From Akkermansiaceae bacterium (GTDB lineage: Bacteria; Verrucomicrobiota; Verrucomicrobiia; Verrucomicrobiales; Akkermansiaceae), in NCBI GenBank assembly GCA_051251915.1, contig JBPOGF010000017.1, positions 1 through 64,000 of the forward strand: DNA of 64,000 nucleotides, written 5' to 3'. A program made the translations under genes and the position numbers. Numbering within the stretch: the stretch's first letter is position 1; each line of letters starts with the position of its first letter. Shown here piece after piece: positions 29,664-38,954 of this stretch. The notes beneath the pieces are model-generated. The model saw nothing but the letters and a program-made list of their open reading frames with translations. It ran no database searches and had not been told where the DNA came from.

Positions 29664-30290
29664 ATGAAAAAAAACTACGTAATTCTGCTAGGTCCACCTG
29701 CGAGTGGAAAAGGGACCCAAGCCAGAAAGTTGGCAGATCATCTGGGTGTCCCATGTCTTGGAACGGGTAAGCTACTCCGAGTTGAAATGGACAAAGGCTC
29801 ACAAGTGGGGCTTGAAGCTAAATCATATATCGACAGTGGCCGTTATGTTCCTGATGAGATTATTTTGAAAATGGTAGGGGAGTGGCTAGAAGGAAATTCT
29901 GGTGGCTGGTTGATGGATGGATTCCCTCGTACGCTGCCTCAGGCAGAAACACTTCAGAAAATGGCGAATCCTAGCCAGATCATAGCACTGGATGTGCCAC
30001 GTGAGGAATTGGAATCTAGGATTACCAAGCGTAGGGAGTGCTCGGCATGTGGTGTGACAATTGCAGTTGATGATCTTACACAAACAACCTGTCCAGAATG
30101 TGGTAAGGATGCTTTGGTTTCGAGAGCGGACGATGCGCTTGAGAGTTTCAAGGTGAGGTACAAAAATTATGAAGAGCTCACCATCCCGCTGTTTGATTAC
30201 TATAGATCTTTAGGCTCGATCAATGTGGTCGACGGGACTAAACATCCTGAAGAGGTGTTTGCAGAAATCCTTAATATAGTAGAAGAATAG
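29664..30290 (+). CDS. adk: Adenylate kinase (Zn-type LID)
   Basis: LLGPPASGKGTQA, DGFPRT, CSAC...CPEC, RADD. Confidence 0.96.
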   Translation: MKKNYVILLGPPASGKGTQARKLADHLGVPCLGTGKLLRVEMDKGSQVGLEAKSYIDSGRYVPDEIILKMVGEWLEGNSGGWLMDGFPRTLPQAETLQKMANPSQIIALDVPREELESRITKRRECSACGVTIAVDDLTQTTCPECGKDALVSRADDALESFKVRYKNYEELTIPLFDYYRSLGSINVVDGTKHPEEVFAEILNIVEE

Positions 30291-30294
30291 AATC

Positions 30295-31116
30295 ATGGCT
30301 AAGCGTAAAAATAGAGGAAGAAACGGCATTATCATCAAGACTCCACAGGAGATCACACAAATGCGTGTGGCATGTGAAACTGCGAGTGAGATTTTGCAGA
30401 ATGTGGCTAAATTTATTGCAGATGGGATTGGTAAGACTACCAAGGAGGTGGATCTTTATGCCGCTGAATTGATGAAGGAGCGCAATTGTAAGAGTGCGTT
30501 TCTCGGATATCGTGGTTTCCCGGGGTATACATGTATTTCTCCAAATATAGAAGTTGTACACGGAATTGGTGGTGACTATGTGATTAAAGATGGTGACATT
30601 ATTAGTGTGGACGTAGGGATAACGTTGAATGGTTGGATAGGTGATAATGCGACAACTGTTGCAGTTGGTAATGTTGATCAGGAGAGTAAGCGTTTACTTG
30701 CAGTCACTGAACAATCACTTTACGAAGCGCTTTCATTTGCGAGAGATGGCGAGTATCTAGGTGATCTTTGTGGAGCAGTGGAAGATTACGTTAAACCACA
30801 TGGATTTTCTGTGGTTAAGGAATTTGTGGGTCACGGAGTTGGGAGGGATCTGCATGAAGAGCCTTCTGTTCCGAATTATCGCCCATTTGGGAAGACTCCG
30901 CGTCTAAGAGAGGGTATGGTGCTCGCTGTGGAACCGATGATTAACATTGGAACACCGCGCGTGAGGATTCTGGAAGACGGCTGGACAGTGATTACTGGAG
31001 ACAAGAAAAACTCTGCTCACTTTGAGCATACAGTTCTGGTTACTAAAGATGGGCCGGATATTCTAACAGCGAGGCCTAGGGAGGCGACTCCAGAGATTCT
31101 TGGGATTGAGCTTTAG
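30295..31116 (+). CDS. map: Methionine aminopeptidase type I
   Basis: VVHGI, SVDVG, GDNA, GHGVG..LHEEP, VEPM, SAHFEHT. Confidence 0.97.
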   Translation: MAKRKNRGRNGIIIKTPQEITQMRVACETASEILQNVAKFIADGIGKTTKEVDLYAAELMKERNCKSAFLGYRGFPGYTCISPNIEVVHGIGGDYVIKDGDIISVDVGITLNGWIGDNATTVAVGNVDQESKRLLAVTEQSLYEALSFARDGEYLGDLCGAVEDYVKPHGFSVVKEFVGHGVGRDLHEEPSVPNYRPFGKTPRLREGMVLAVEPMINIGTPRVRILEDGWTVITGDKKNSAHFEHTVLVTKDGPDILTARPREATPEILGIEL

Positions 31117-31292
31117 TAATAGTGAATCGATCTTTATCTGTATAGGGCTAGATTAGGTATAGGATTAGCCTTTGGAAGCGGAGCTTTGCCTTTGTGGCAG
31201 TGGAGCGGTCAAGTCAAGGTGGTCTTATCCTATAAAATATTTAGATAATTACTGGAATTGGTTTTTCACTCAAATAATGTGAGTTATCGACC

Positions 31293-32522
31293 ATGAAAAT
31301 CATATCTAAAAGAATAAAAATTAGGACACTAATACTCTCACTAGGACTTACGCTTTTTGCGCACAGTCAAAATTTAGCAGAGAAACTGGTGGCAGAAAAT
31401 ACTGATCTACGTATTAGTGACGGTAGCCAATTTCAATCTCAAGCTAGTTATCCAAAGTTTAGTTGGGATGTAACGCCGCAATATTTCATGTTTGGCGATC
31501 TCAAGGTATTGAAGCCTGAAGAAGTGAATCACATAGCAATGCGCTCTGGTTTTATCTGTATAGAAAAAGCGCATGGAATGAGGACATACGGAGCCGCTGA
31601 GCTGGGAGCCAAGCATGAGGCAGCTGCGTTTAAAGCCGTGAATCCTGGAATCAAAGTGTTATTCTATTTCAATTCAGCTTATGCCTATCCATTTACTACT
31701 TATTCGAAAGGGTTGAGCAGTAAGAATATTAATCAGAATCCTGAGTTAAAGAATTTCTTAATAAAAGATTCTAAAACCGGGGAGCTAGCTAAACGAGGAT
31801 CTACCTATTTCTTCGATGTTTTGAATCCGAAATTCCGTGAGTGGTGGGTAATGACAGTAGCTAAAGGTGTAGCAGATTCCGGTTGTGACGGCGTCTTCAT
31901 CGATCAGATGCATGGGTTTTCGTGGCTTAGGAATGATAAGAGGAAGGAAGTAAAAAAATCAATGGGTGAAATGATGGCTGCACTAAAAAAGAAGTTAGGT
32001 CCCGATAAAATAGTGTTAGCTAACAATGCGCAAAATGAGGAAAATATATTAGCTGTATCTGATGCTAGTATGTTCGAGCACTTCAATAGCAAACTTTTGA
32101 CCAAAGAGGCTCTTCTGAGAGATTGGGACAACATGCTTAAAATTTCTAAGAAGGGAAAAATGTCTGTATTTCGTATTGGGGTGGAGCAGGACAGTAGTCT
32201 TAGCGAGGAAGAGAAAGCAAAGCTCATGAAGAGCGCAAGTAAGCATGCTAGTATGGCGGCTCTTGCTAAGGACCGATTAGAATATTATCAAGCTGTCTAT
32301 CTGATAGGAGCTCAACCTTATAGCTACTTTCAATATGGCTGGGGCTGGAAACTCAGCACAGGCCCGCTAGAGAGCAACCCTAACCTAATGAAGCCGCTCG
32401 GAGCTCCTAAAGGTGCCTACACCAGAGTGAAAGAGGATGGCTGGGTGTTTACTCGCGAGTTTGAACATGCGAGCGTGTGGGTAGATACAGAAAAAGGGCA
32501 GGGGAAAATCACCTGGAAATAA
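31293..32522 (+). CDS. Secreted putative glycoside hydrolase (GHL15 / GH168-like)
   Basis: Signal peptide; YPKFSWD.TP, ICIEK.HG, KVLFYFNS, DGVFID, MFEH, PLGAPKG...TREFEHASVWVD. Confidence 0.7.
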   Translation: MKIISKRIKIRTLILSLGLTLFAHSQNLAEKLVAENTDLRISDGSQFQSQASYPKFSWDVTPQYFMFGDLKVLKPEEVNHIAMRSGFICIEKAHGMRTYGAAELGAKHEAAAFKAVNPGIKVLFYFNSAYAYPFTTYSKGLSSKNINQNPELKNFLIKDSKTGELAKRGSTYFFDVLNPKFREWWVMTVAKGVADSGCDGVFIDQMHGFSWLRNDKRKEVKKSMGEMMAALKKKLGPDKIVLANNAQNEENILAVSDASMFEHFNSKLLTKEALLRDWDNMLKISKKGKMSVFRIGVEQDSSLSEEEKAKLMKSASKHASMAALAKDRLEYYQAVYLIGAQPYSYFQYGWGWKLSTGPLESNPNLMKPLGAPKGAYTRVKEDGWVFTREFEHASVWVDTEKGQGKITWK

Positions 32523-32555
32523 CAAGGGTGCCTATGAGAGGTATTGGCAATGAAT

Positions 32556-32583
32556 TAGGGCAGATCGTTTCCGATCTGCCCTA
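32556..32583. terminator. hairpin between convergent genes (bidirectional terminator)
   Basis: TAGGGCAGATCG-TTTC-CGATCTGCCCTA, perfect 12-bp stem. Confidence 0.75.
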
Positions 32584-32610
32584 TTGTTTTAGATGTTAGC
32601 TAGGTGGTCT

Positions 32611-33654
32611 TTATTTAGCATATGCCGCTTTGAGTGCTTCTGCTGGGTTGGCGCCTGCTTTGAATGGGTTTTCTTCGATTTTGAAGGTTGGGTTAACGTT
32701 TGCGTTGTCTGGGATTTTGTCTTCTAGGTTGAGAGTCCAGTAAGCTGCGTTGACGAAGAGTTTGCGCATGGCAGCTCTGTCGAATTCACAGATACCTCTG
32801 CGTTCACCGCCGATGGTGGTGGTGAAGACTCTGCCTTTTTCTCCAACTGGGCGCTGGTAGGTCCATGAGACTGGCATCATTGGTGAGTTCTTACGGTCTT
32901 TGTGGACTTTAGAGTCTGGTTTTTTATCTGCTAGTGGTGGTGAGTCGAACTTCATGCCGTCTACGACCTGACCTAAGATGATGGGGGTACAGCCTGCTGT
33001 GAGGGGGAGTTGTACTTCATAGACGTCTGTGGTGCCCCAGATCTCGCCGTCTTTGATTCCTTTGACTATGGGGTGGTTTTTTTGCTCGGGGGCGATGATG
33101 CCTCTTGAGCTTTCTTTGTGCTTCACTCCCCAATGACCTATCCAGGTTTCACCGAGTACTTGTTTACCAAAGCCTCCTGGGTAGTCATCGCCTTTGTAGT
33201 CGTAGCTGTATTTGGCGAATTTACTTTCGCGGTTTTTACTATAATTGAATGCGTGGGTGGATGTTCTGACGCCGATGATGGGCTTGCCTGTGGCGAGGTA
33301 GTCTACGATGTGTTGCATCTGTTGATCTGGGAGGCAGCGGAAGCGGTTGTAGGTGACCATGAGGTCAGCATCTTTGAGTGCTTCTAGGCCTTCCATGTTG
33401 TTTGAGCTTGGTTTGATATTGCCTTTATCGTCTGTGGAGAAGATGGCGTAGCAGTCAAAGCCGTGACGTTCTGCTAGGATGTTAGCCATGATTGGCATCG
33501 ATCTTTCAGATTTGTATTCATGGTCTCCGATGAGGAAGACGATTTTCTTGTTTTTCTCTACTTCCTTGTTTGCGGGAAAGTGGAGTGGTGCTGCATGAGA
33601 TAGTGAAATACTCGTGGTTAGAGTAGCGGTGAGTAGTGATAGTTTTTTAATCAT
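32611..33654 (-). CDS. Secreted ThuA-like (class I GATase-like) domain protein
   Basis: KIVFLIGDHEYKSE, GLEALKDADL, GVRTSTHAF, GRVFTTTIG, NAAYW. Confidence 0.75.
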   Translation of the reverse strand: MIKKLSLLTATLTTSISLSHAAPLHFPANKEVEKNKKIVFLIGDHEYKSERSMPIMANILAERHGFDCYAIFSTDDKGNIKPSSNNMEGLEALKDADLMVTYNRFRCLPDQQMQHIVDYLATGKPIIGVRTSTHAFNYSKNRESKFAKYSYDYKGDDYPGGFGKQVLGETWIGHWGVKHKESSRGIIAPEQKNHPIVKGIKDGEIWGTTDVYEVQLPLTAGCTPIILGQVVDGMKFDSPPLADKKPDSKVHKDRKNSPMMPVSWTYQRPVGEKGRVFTTTIGGERRGICEFDRAAMRKLFVNAAYWTLNLEDKIPDNANVNPTFKIEENPFKAGANPAEALKAAYAK

Positions 33655-33699
33655 TTGTATGGTTGTTTTGCGGTGTTTTTTTTATCTGTTTCAACGTAT

Positions 33700-35511
33700 C
33701 TAGTTAATCAAGATGCGGTAAAATCTTTTCCCTGAGGGGTTGGAATCAACTGTTCCGAGGAGTTTGATGTCATCAAATCTAGTGCCGTGTGTGACTAATG
33801 AGGCTCCGTAGAGGTAAAATTTCCAGGTGACTGTTTCGGTTGTGGTGAAGTCAGTAAAATTGATTGTTTCCTTTTCTACTGCAGCATTTGATGCAGGGAT
33901 CAATGTTTCTGTGATGAAGACCTCGTTTTGATTACCTATTTTGTAGCTGATGTCTAGTCTTGCTGTAGAGCCGAACTGGTTTGAGAAGAAATTGAGTTCT
34001 TCATATTTTATTGAGTTACTACTTGGGTTGATATTGAATGAGAAGGTGTGGTTATTTGTGGAAGCTGCGGTTCTATTGGCTTGATTAGCGTTCGCAAAAT
34101 TAAATCCTGGTGAACCGGAGTCACTGGGGTCAAGCAGGCTGTGGGTGAATACAAAGCCTGCGCCGCCGCCAGTGAGGCCTCCTCCTTGGGTTAGGTCGCT
34201 GGCAGCAGTGAAGGTTTCAGTGTCTACGGACTTAAATGCATCTGTGTTGAAATCACCAGAATTCCCTGTTTCAGCATCATAAAGCGCAAGTGTAGTGGTG
34301 CCTGCAGGTGGAGCGGTTGAGATGGAATATGAGGTAGAGGGAGCGGTGGCGTGTGCTGGGACGTCTGATGCTAGAGTAGACCAGGTTAGTAGATCTTCGC
34401 TGGTTTGGATGTTGTAGGAATTACCAGCATTGCTAATCCATGTTAGTGTGACTTGGTCGCTGCTGTCCATAGTGATGATGGGGGCGCCGAAGGTGGATGC
34501 GGAGGTGGTGGGATCTGTGCCTGCGGCTACTTCAAAGCCGTCGAGCTGGCCGTCACCGTCTGTGTCGGGTAGAGTGGGATCAGTTCCTGCGGTGGTTTCT
34601 TCTGTTAATGTGAGTCCGTCTCTGTCTGCGTCTTGGGCTTCTAGGGATAGCATGGCTGCGGCGGTGGCTGCGCCCATGCTGATCTGGCCTGAGGCGTTGA
34701 AGTGGATTCCGGTGTTGTTGCTATGCGTATTAAATGTGTCAGTGTTTACAAAGGCTGTCTGGTGACCATCAGAGGCGACGTCTTCTTGTGCTTGGCGGAC
34801 GGTATTTACTGAGTTTCCAGGCGTGCTGACGCTGCTTCCATACTGATTTGCAGAGAGGCCAGTAATGACGAAGGGGAGTGTGTATCCACCGGTAGTTTGA
34901 CCACCGAAGGCTGTGCTCCTAACTCGTTCAATGAGTGCAGTAAGATTTGCTTCATAGGCATTTGCATTTGCAGCGTTTCCTGTATCAGATTCTCCTTGGA
35001 TCCAGACCATGCCGCCAACTTCGTAGGTGTGACCAGCATCAGTGAGTGCCTGGAGTCCTGCGGCTACTGTTGTTACGAATGTAGTATAGTTAGTACCAGT
35101 GGCAGACCACTGGGTGTGCAGATTTGTTCCACCATGGGTGTACTTGATAATGGCGATGTTCACTGATGGATCTGCATCCGCCATATCTCTGCCAAATTTT
35201 AGTTCACTACCGAATTCAACAGCGTATGGTGAGGGGCTGTTTTCACCATGACCAGTGTCAGGCTGGAGCGATAGCCAGGTATTTTGGGCTAGATTTCCGT
35301 TTGTAGTGACCTGGGTCTTTTTCCAGTAGAGTTGAACATCATTTTGAGCAGTGCTTAGTGGAGCTGTGAGCTCTGAAGCATCTCCTCTGCCATTGCCATT
35401 AGATTGACCGCCGAGTAGGTAAACCCGATAATGTGTGGCGTAGAGAGGTGAGGTGAAAATGGAGCTGGTTAGAGCAAGAAACAATAGTTTTTTTAGGTTG
35501 CGAGTAAGCAT
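33700..35511 (-). CDS. Secreted SASA/CE6-like acetylesterase with Ca-binding DxDxDG repeats and a C-terminal domain shared with the neighbouring PEP-CTERM protein
   Basis: [41 protein letters not shown] repeats; ends KRFYRILIN. Confidence 0.85.
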   Translation of the reverse strand: MLTRNLKKLLFLALTSSIFTSPLYATHYRVYLLGGQSNGNGRGDASELTAPLSTAQNDVQLYWKKTQVTTNGNLAQNTWLSLQPDTGHGENSPSPYAVEFGSELKFGRDMADADPSVNIAIIKYTHGGTNLHTQWSATGTNYTTFVTTVAAGLQALTDAGHTYEVGGMVWIQGESDTGNAANANAYEANLTALIERVRSTAFGGQTTGGYTLPFVITGLSANQYGSSVSTPGNSVNTVRQAQEDVASDGHQTAFVNTDTFNTHSNNTGIHFNASGQISMGAATAAAMLSLEAQDADRDGLTLTEETTAGTDPTLPDTDGDGQLDGFEVAAGTDPTTSASTFGAPIITMDSSDQVTLTWISNAGNSYNIQTSEDLLTWSTLASDVPAHATAPSTSYSISTAPPAGTTTLALYDAETGNSGDFNTDAFKSVDTETFTAASDLTQGGGLTGGGAGFVFTHSLLDPSDSGSPGFNFANANQANRTAASTNNHTFSFNINPSSNSIKYEELNFFSNQFGSTARLDISYKIGNQNEVFITETLIPASNAAVEKETINFTDFTTTETVTWKFYLYGASLVTHGTRFDDIKLLGTVDSNPSGKRFYRILIN

Positions 35512-35698
35512 GATGTTTTCTGTGGGATAGGTAGTGATGGTACAGTTTTAGTGTGCAAAACCAAGAATAATGCTTATTATAGGTGACTAAATTTTTCTGA
35601 TTTACAAACAGTTATGGTTAGTGTTTATAGAGATAGACAAAATTTGTAGTTTTATGGATTTTCAGAATGAGAGTCTATTTCAACACACTCTAATAAAT

Positions 35699-36388
35699 AT
35701 GAAAAAACTAACAATAATTCCTATAATGATGCTTGCTGGTATCAGTCTTTCCCAAGCAGCACAGCTAGCGGTATACACTGCTACAGGAACCAATGGTAAC
35801 TTTAATACAACCGCTTTTGACTCCGTTGATACAGAAGCACTAACAGATTCAACACGCTTAGTGCAGGATGGTGGTATTACTGGTGGTGGTTCTTCTAGTT
35901 TTATACTCACTAATGCTATTTACGCCAATACAACCACATCCGGTACTGGTTATAATTTAGCAGGTGTATCAACCGCCAGTCGGGCACTAGCAATAACGGC
36001 AGGTGATTTCTTCAGTTTTACTGTAGAAACCAATGGAAATTCAGTTACTTTTGAGTCGTTGTCCTTTTTCCAAAATCAATTTGGAACGACTGGTAAGGTG
36101 GATATCTCAGCTACACAAGCTGGAGGATCAGAGGTTTTTCTCACAAGTGGATTCACTCCTGCGGGAGGTAATAATGCTCTAGCAACACCTGCAACGAATG
36201 TGGATTTTGCTGATTTCACAACTACAGCTGATACGACATTTACGTTTTATTTATATGGAGCTTCTAATGCAAATCACGGAACGCGTTTTGATGATATTAC
36301 ATTGAATGGAACTGTGGTTCCTGAGCCGTCATCTACTGCCCTTCTTGGGCTGGGTGGTTTGGCTCTGATGATGCGTAGAAAGAAGTAG
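35699..36388 (+). CDS. PEP-CTERM sorting domain-containing protein
   Basis: Signal peptide MKKLTIIPIMMLAGISLSQAA; C-terminal VPEPSSTALLGLGGLALMMRRKK. Confidence 0.93.
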   Translation: MKKLTIIPIMMLAGISLSQAAQLAVYTATGTNGNFNTTAFDSVDTEALTDSTRLVQDGGITGGGSSSFILTNAIYANTTTSGTGYNLAGVSTASRALAITAGDFFSFTVETNGNSVTFESLSFFQNQFGTTGKVDISATQAGGSEVFLTSGFTPAGGNNALATPATNVDFADFTTTADTTFTFYLYGASNANHGTRFDDITLNGTVVPEPSSTALLGLGGLALMMRRKK

Positions 36389-36409
36389 GCTAATCTGCTT
36401 TCACTTTAT

Positions 36410-36440
36410 AGACAGGAGGGTTTGTGCTTCCTGTCTTTTT
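36410..36440 (+). terminator. intrinsic terminator
   Basis: AGACAGGAGG-GTTTGTG-CTTCCTGTCT-TTT. Confidence 0.75.
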
Positions 36441-36476
36441 GTATTTATGGGGTAAAGGGTCTCTTAGTTAAGTGCT

Positions 36477-38105
36477 CTATTGAGTTCTTCTACGGATAGC
36501 GAGTAGGGAGATAGAGAGCACGATGAATGCTGATGTGCTTGGCTCAGGGACTACTACTAAATTAACGTAATCGTCGGTATAGTTGTATACTACTTCCCAG
36601 TTCTGGGCGTCAGGCAGGTTTATAGTTGCAAAAGCTCCTGTTAGATCGCCTGCATTGAGAATGGTAAAGCTATCTCCTAAGTTGGCTGTGAATCCATTCA
36701 CGTAGACAATATCTAATATCCCATCAAGTGATGCTGAGTTTTCGATGCTGAGGAGATCGAAGTTGAGTAATAAAGCTCCTCCTAGTTCAATGTTTACTGT
36801 GGCTCCGGCCTCAAGGTCTAGGGAATCCACAGTGAGTGTGCCTGGTGAATTACCTGGAGCTATGGTTGCACCTGATTTAACGAGGACAGCTCCACTACTG
36901 ATGCCGCTTCCAGATAAAGTTCCTCCAGCCTCTACGGTGGTGTCACTTGTAATACTGCCGTCTAGATAGAGGGTGCCATCATTAATGGTGGTATCACCTG
37001 TGTATGTATTTGCTCCGTTCAGTGTTGTAGACCCGGAGCCTGTGTGGTTTACGGCGACACTGCCAGATAATACTACAGCAGTACCACTGGTGGTGCCGTC
37101 ATTGGTGAGAGCGTAGTTTGAGTTAGTGTGGTTAAAATTCACTGTAGCGCTACCTGAGCCTCCTGTAATACCAGTGGCATCTACTGTCCCCGCAACGGTT
37201 GCACTTGCTCCGGAGGCACCGCCAATATTGAGTGTGCCAGTAGAACCAGATTCAGAGGCGATTAATAGGTCTTCGGTGACAGAGCTGTGATTGATATGGC
37301 CGCCATTAGAAATGGTAGCAGATCCGGTGCCTTCATATCCTATAGCTAGTGATAGATCACCGCCTCCAGTTTGGATATATTGAGAACCGACACCATTGAC
37401 ATTGAGAGTACCATTACCGGAGGCATAGCTTCCTATGTCACCAATAGATCCTACACTAACTGAGCCGCCGTTAGTGATGCTTAGTATGCCTGTGCCGCTA
37501 CTTCCAACTGCTAAATAATCGTTTGCGGTCCATGTGGAGCCTGCGCCAGTGACATTGACGGTGCCATTAGCAGTTCCTGCTGAGCCGATGAGAGCAAGGC
37601 CGCTGTTTTCAACTGTGCCTTGCGACAGGATGTTGAGAATACCAGTGCCAGTTGACCCACTGGTAAGGTCATTACTAAGATTTAGCATCGATCCTGAACC
37701 TGAAACGGTGGTCGTCCCAGAACCTGTTCCTTGAGCAATACTTGAGTTGACTGCTGTTACACTACCGCCTGACGAGATATCCAAAGTTCCAACACCGTTA
37801 TTACCTACTGTGAGAAAGTCTGCAGAATTTAATGTTCCTGAGCCACTCACGCTGAGGCCGCCAGATGTAGAATTACCTAGGATGAGGTTCAACGTCTCAG
37901 CGCCTGCAGAAGTCACTTGAGCGGTGCCTCCATTATCGATTAGAGCCGGGACGGTGAGAGTGGGGGTGCCATTATTCCAGTTCGCTGGGGTGAACCAGTT
38001 CTGGGTGGTGGTTTGCCATTCTGTGATTTGAGCATGACTCAACGATGCTCCAGAAAAAAAGATGAGACCTAGGGCATGAGGTAAGTAGAGTTTATGTAAT
38101 TTCAT
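36477..38105 (-). CDS. PEP-CTERM protein with T5SS/PEP-CTERM-associated and autotransporter-associated beta-strand repeats
   Basis: Repeats of GT.NVTGAGSTW...L.VG.SGTG.L.I..GG.V; GSGSTTLNGANTYTGDTTINDGTL; IAPGNSPGTL; VPEPS...RRRTQ. Confidence 0.9.
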   Translation of the reverse strand: MKLHKLYLPHALGLIFFSGASLSHAQITEWQTTTQNWFTPANWNNGTPTLTVPALIDNGGTAQVTSAGAETLNLILGNSTSGGLSVSGSGTLNSADFLTVGNNGVGTLDISSGGSVTAVNSSIAQGTGSGTTTVSGSGSMLNLSNDLTSGSTGTGILNILSQGTVENSGLALIGSAGTANGTVNVTGAGSTWTANDYLAVGSSGTGILSITNGGSVSVGSIGDIGSYASGNGTLNVNGVGSQYIQTGGGDLSLAIGYEGTGSATISNGGHINHSSVTEDLLIASESGSTGTLNIGGASGASATVAGTVDATGITGGSGSATVNFNHTNSNYALTNDGTTSGTAVVLSGSVAVNHTGSGSTTLNGANTYTGDTTINDGTLYLDGSITSDTTVEAGGTLSGSGISSGAVLVKSGATIAPGNSPGTLTVDSLDLEAGATVNIELGGALLLNFDLLSIENSASLDGILDIVYVNGFTANLGDSFTILNAGDLTGAFATINLPDAQNWEVVYNYTDDYVNLVVVPEPSTSAFIVLSISLLAIRRRTQ

Positions 38106-38270
38106 AACAGGTGTAATTAAAGTGACTTAATCACATAGATAGTATGCCTAGAACCGTCAATGATATAAAAGTGAAAGGAGCTGTTAGATTGTATGAAATT
38201 AATCTATTTGGGCTGGCTAGGAGCTATTGCCGATAGAGTCAGTGTGATGTTTAGCGGTGGCATAGCCATG

Positions 38271-38951
38271 CTAAAAACTTAGAGTCTCCTGTTCGCCTAG
38301 GTATTTTGGGGTGGTTTTTAGGATGTTTTCGTCTGCCCACATTCTGATGCGGGCGAGGTATTCTCGGTTTTGGGTGGCTTTGCCTTTGACGTCTTGGGCG
38401 TTGTAGCCGATGGCGTCGATGCCGCGGTTTTGGGCGATGTAGGCGGCGCGTTCGTTGTGGAATTTTTGGGAGACGAGGATGACTTTGTTGATACCGAAGA
38501 TTTTATCCACTCTGACGACTGAGTCCATGGTGCGGAGTCCGGCGTAGTCGCAGATGATTTTGTCGGCAGGGACGCCCAGTTTAATGAGGGCTTGCTTCAT
38601 GTCTTCTGGTTCGTTGTAGTCATCGCGGCTGTTGTCTCCTGAGACGATGAATCCTCTGACTTTGTTTGCCTGCCAGAGTTGGTGGGCAGCTTCTATTCTG
38701 TATTTGAAGTAGAGGTTTTTGCGTCCGTTGATCATTTCTGCGCAACCGAAGACTAATGCGACACGTTCAGGGTTGTTAGATTCTTCTGGGAGTTCGTTGA
38801 TCTGATCGAATAGGACGCTTTTACCTGCGGCTTGGGCGGTGGAGTTAGCCCACCACATTAGGATGAGAAAGAGGGCTATGGCTACAAATGCGATTATGGC
38901 AGATAGCTTGATGAATCCCCAGAAGGTGAATGATTGAAAGAAGAGGAGCAT
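38271..38951 (-). CDS. SanA/ElyC/YdcF (DUF218) family protein
   Basis: ALVFG, VSGDNSRDDYNEPEDM, DYAGLRTMDSVVR, SQKFHNERA, REYLAR. Confidence 0.9.
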   Translation of the reverse strand: MLLFFQSFTFWGFIKLSAIIAFVAIALFLILMWWANSTAQAAGKSVLFDQINELPEESNNPERVALVFGCAEMINGRKNLYFKYRIEAAHQLWQANKVRGFIVSGDNSRDDYNEPEDMKQALIKLGVPADKIICDYAGLRTMDSVVRVDKIFGINKVILVSQKFHNERAAYIAQNRGIDAIGYNAQDVKGKATQNREYLARIRMWADENILKTTPKYLGEQETLSF

Positions 38952-38954
38952 TTC

